Positions 62,528-64,000 of a DNA stretch of 64,000 nucleotides are shown here, in pieces (positions within the stretch are counted from its first letter, which is position 1; the number at the start of each line of letters is the position of its first letter). Source of the DNA: Amphiscolops sp. MND2022 (Eukaryota); assembly GCA_964187785.1 (NCBI GenBank), contig OZ076413.1, positions 48,114,001 to 48,178,000 of the forward strand, given 5' to 3'. The position numbers and the translations under genes are program-made. The notes below the pieces were generated by a model that saw only the letters and a program-made list of their open reading frames with translations, ran no database searches and was not told where the DNA came from.

Positions 62528-64000
62528 GTCACAATGTATAAAGACGTTTAAAAATGAATGAACTCGTTCTCCAGATAGCTTTTTGAAAAGATATCTGCCA
62601 TTTCTTGTTTCTAAAGTGCCTCGCAAAACCGCAAAGTAGTCGAAAAAAGAAACTTTTTATTTATGACATTTTCAGTTAATTTCATGGGAAATAATCATGC
62701 AAAAATTCCAGATGAAGGATCAGAAAGCTTCGGAAAAAAAATAACTAGCTATGCAGTACGCTTTTTAAAAAGAGCAATTCGCGTTCTAAAATCTCCCAAA
62801 ACAGTTTCACAATGACATTCCATTTCAACGTTTGTGGGCAATAAAATTAGAGCAATAAAAATGATCAACAACAAATAAAAATAATCTACGGTTGGCTTCT
62901 TAGAAAAGATATCTAAAGTATCGTGTTAGAAGAATCTCTCAAAAACAAACCAGAAAACTTTAAATTTTCATAGTATTTGTGAGCCTCAAATGTCCCGCTG
63001 GTCAGAGGGCGTATAGTTTGTAAGAAAATCAATGAGGTGTTAATTCAGTCCAAGACGTTTAGAAAAAACAATAGATTTTTTCTGACACAATTTAGGACAA
63101 TAAATTTTTTTATATAATTTAATAAATTTTTAATTTATTTATTGTTGGCCAGGAACAAAATGAATATTGTTTAAATGTATTTTTTACATTCGTGATAGTA
63201 ACCCATCTACCCGATATTCGTCATTTAAAACGTCATTGAAATCATAGCAGGCTTATCGATAGTTGCAAGGGAAAGATTGTTTATAAGGTTTTGGAAGGTA
63301 TCAGGAGCCAATCAGCCGATGATAAATAAGGAGCCATGAGCAAAATTTAAACTTTGTTCAATTTCATTAACAGCCTAAAACTTTTTGGCGCCTTTTTTCC
63401 TACATTGCCTGTCAGTTGCAAAGGCCAATAAGGAATAATCAGGAAGTTAGCCAAGGAAGTTTGAATGATTAATCTATGAACAAGAATGAATAATGAAACT
63501 GACAATTAGCTAGTTAATAATTTGAGCTCTAATTGAATCTCCATAATTGATTTTCATTCTTCCGAATGATTTTAGGTGTTGATTTGTCTAAAACAACGTG
63601 TCATATTGTTGATTTGCATGAAATCATTGCTCATAACTCAGTTAATTCGGACATATTCACAGTCAAAATGTGTGAAAAATGGTTTCTTCAAGGGACAAAC
63701 TCTTGCATTAGGAGTTAACTTCCTTTATGGAGAGAGATTTCTTTTTTAATTATGACAGTTTGAAAACTTTTTGTAAATTTCCTTTGAAAAATTTTGATTG
63801 TGGGGAGGAGCAGAATAGAGCCATTAACTCTTGCATGCAAACGTTTAATTTTTTGTTCTTTTCCATCAATAACATTGTCATCTCTAGTCGTATTTTTTCT
63901 GTTCAACCTCTCGGTGAATTTATTCACACTTTCTTTCGATCCTATCTCCTTTCTGACTCACAACGCCTTTTGAAACAACTTGACAAACTCTGAGCAGATT

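Noticed and set aside
62540..64000. Upstream PDZRN exons or a LINE remnant
   Set aside because: No convincing PDZ/RING or RT motif was recognised.

Overview
AT-rich eukaryotic (metazoan, probably invertebrate) genomic DNA dominated by mobile elements. There are two spliced host genes on the minus strand. One is a SERT-like SLC6 monoamine transporter (six coding exons, 19694->11564; the remaining exons are not in the window). The other is the 3' part of a PDZRN3/4 (LNX3/4)-like gene (three exons, 56389->53657). Between them lies a ~20 kb decayed Polinton/Maverick endogenous virus (23420-~43700). It has an AGTAGT left end, protein-primed PolB (tandemly duplicated as a ~4.3 kb block), adenain-type protease, major and minor capsid proteins, retroviral-like integrase, packaging ATPase and a parvovirus-type PLA2-like ORF. 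Two back-to-back ~150-bp palindromes sit at the integrase 5' end. The first ~10.9 kb holds a WDR5 pseudogene fragment, a BEN-domain-like gene and a 6.4 kb higher-order satellite, possibly all cargo of one DNA transposon inside a transporter intron. A Ty3/Gypsy (Mag-like) LTR element with both LTRs and a 5-bp TSD sits upstream of the visible PDZRN exons. MITEs, Tc1/IS630, MULE, LINE and tRNA-derived remnants are also present. All family assignments come from motif recognition by eye, with no database searches.
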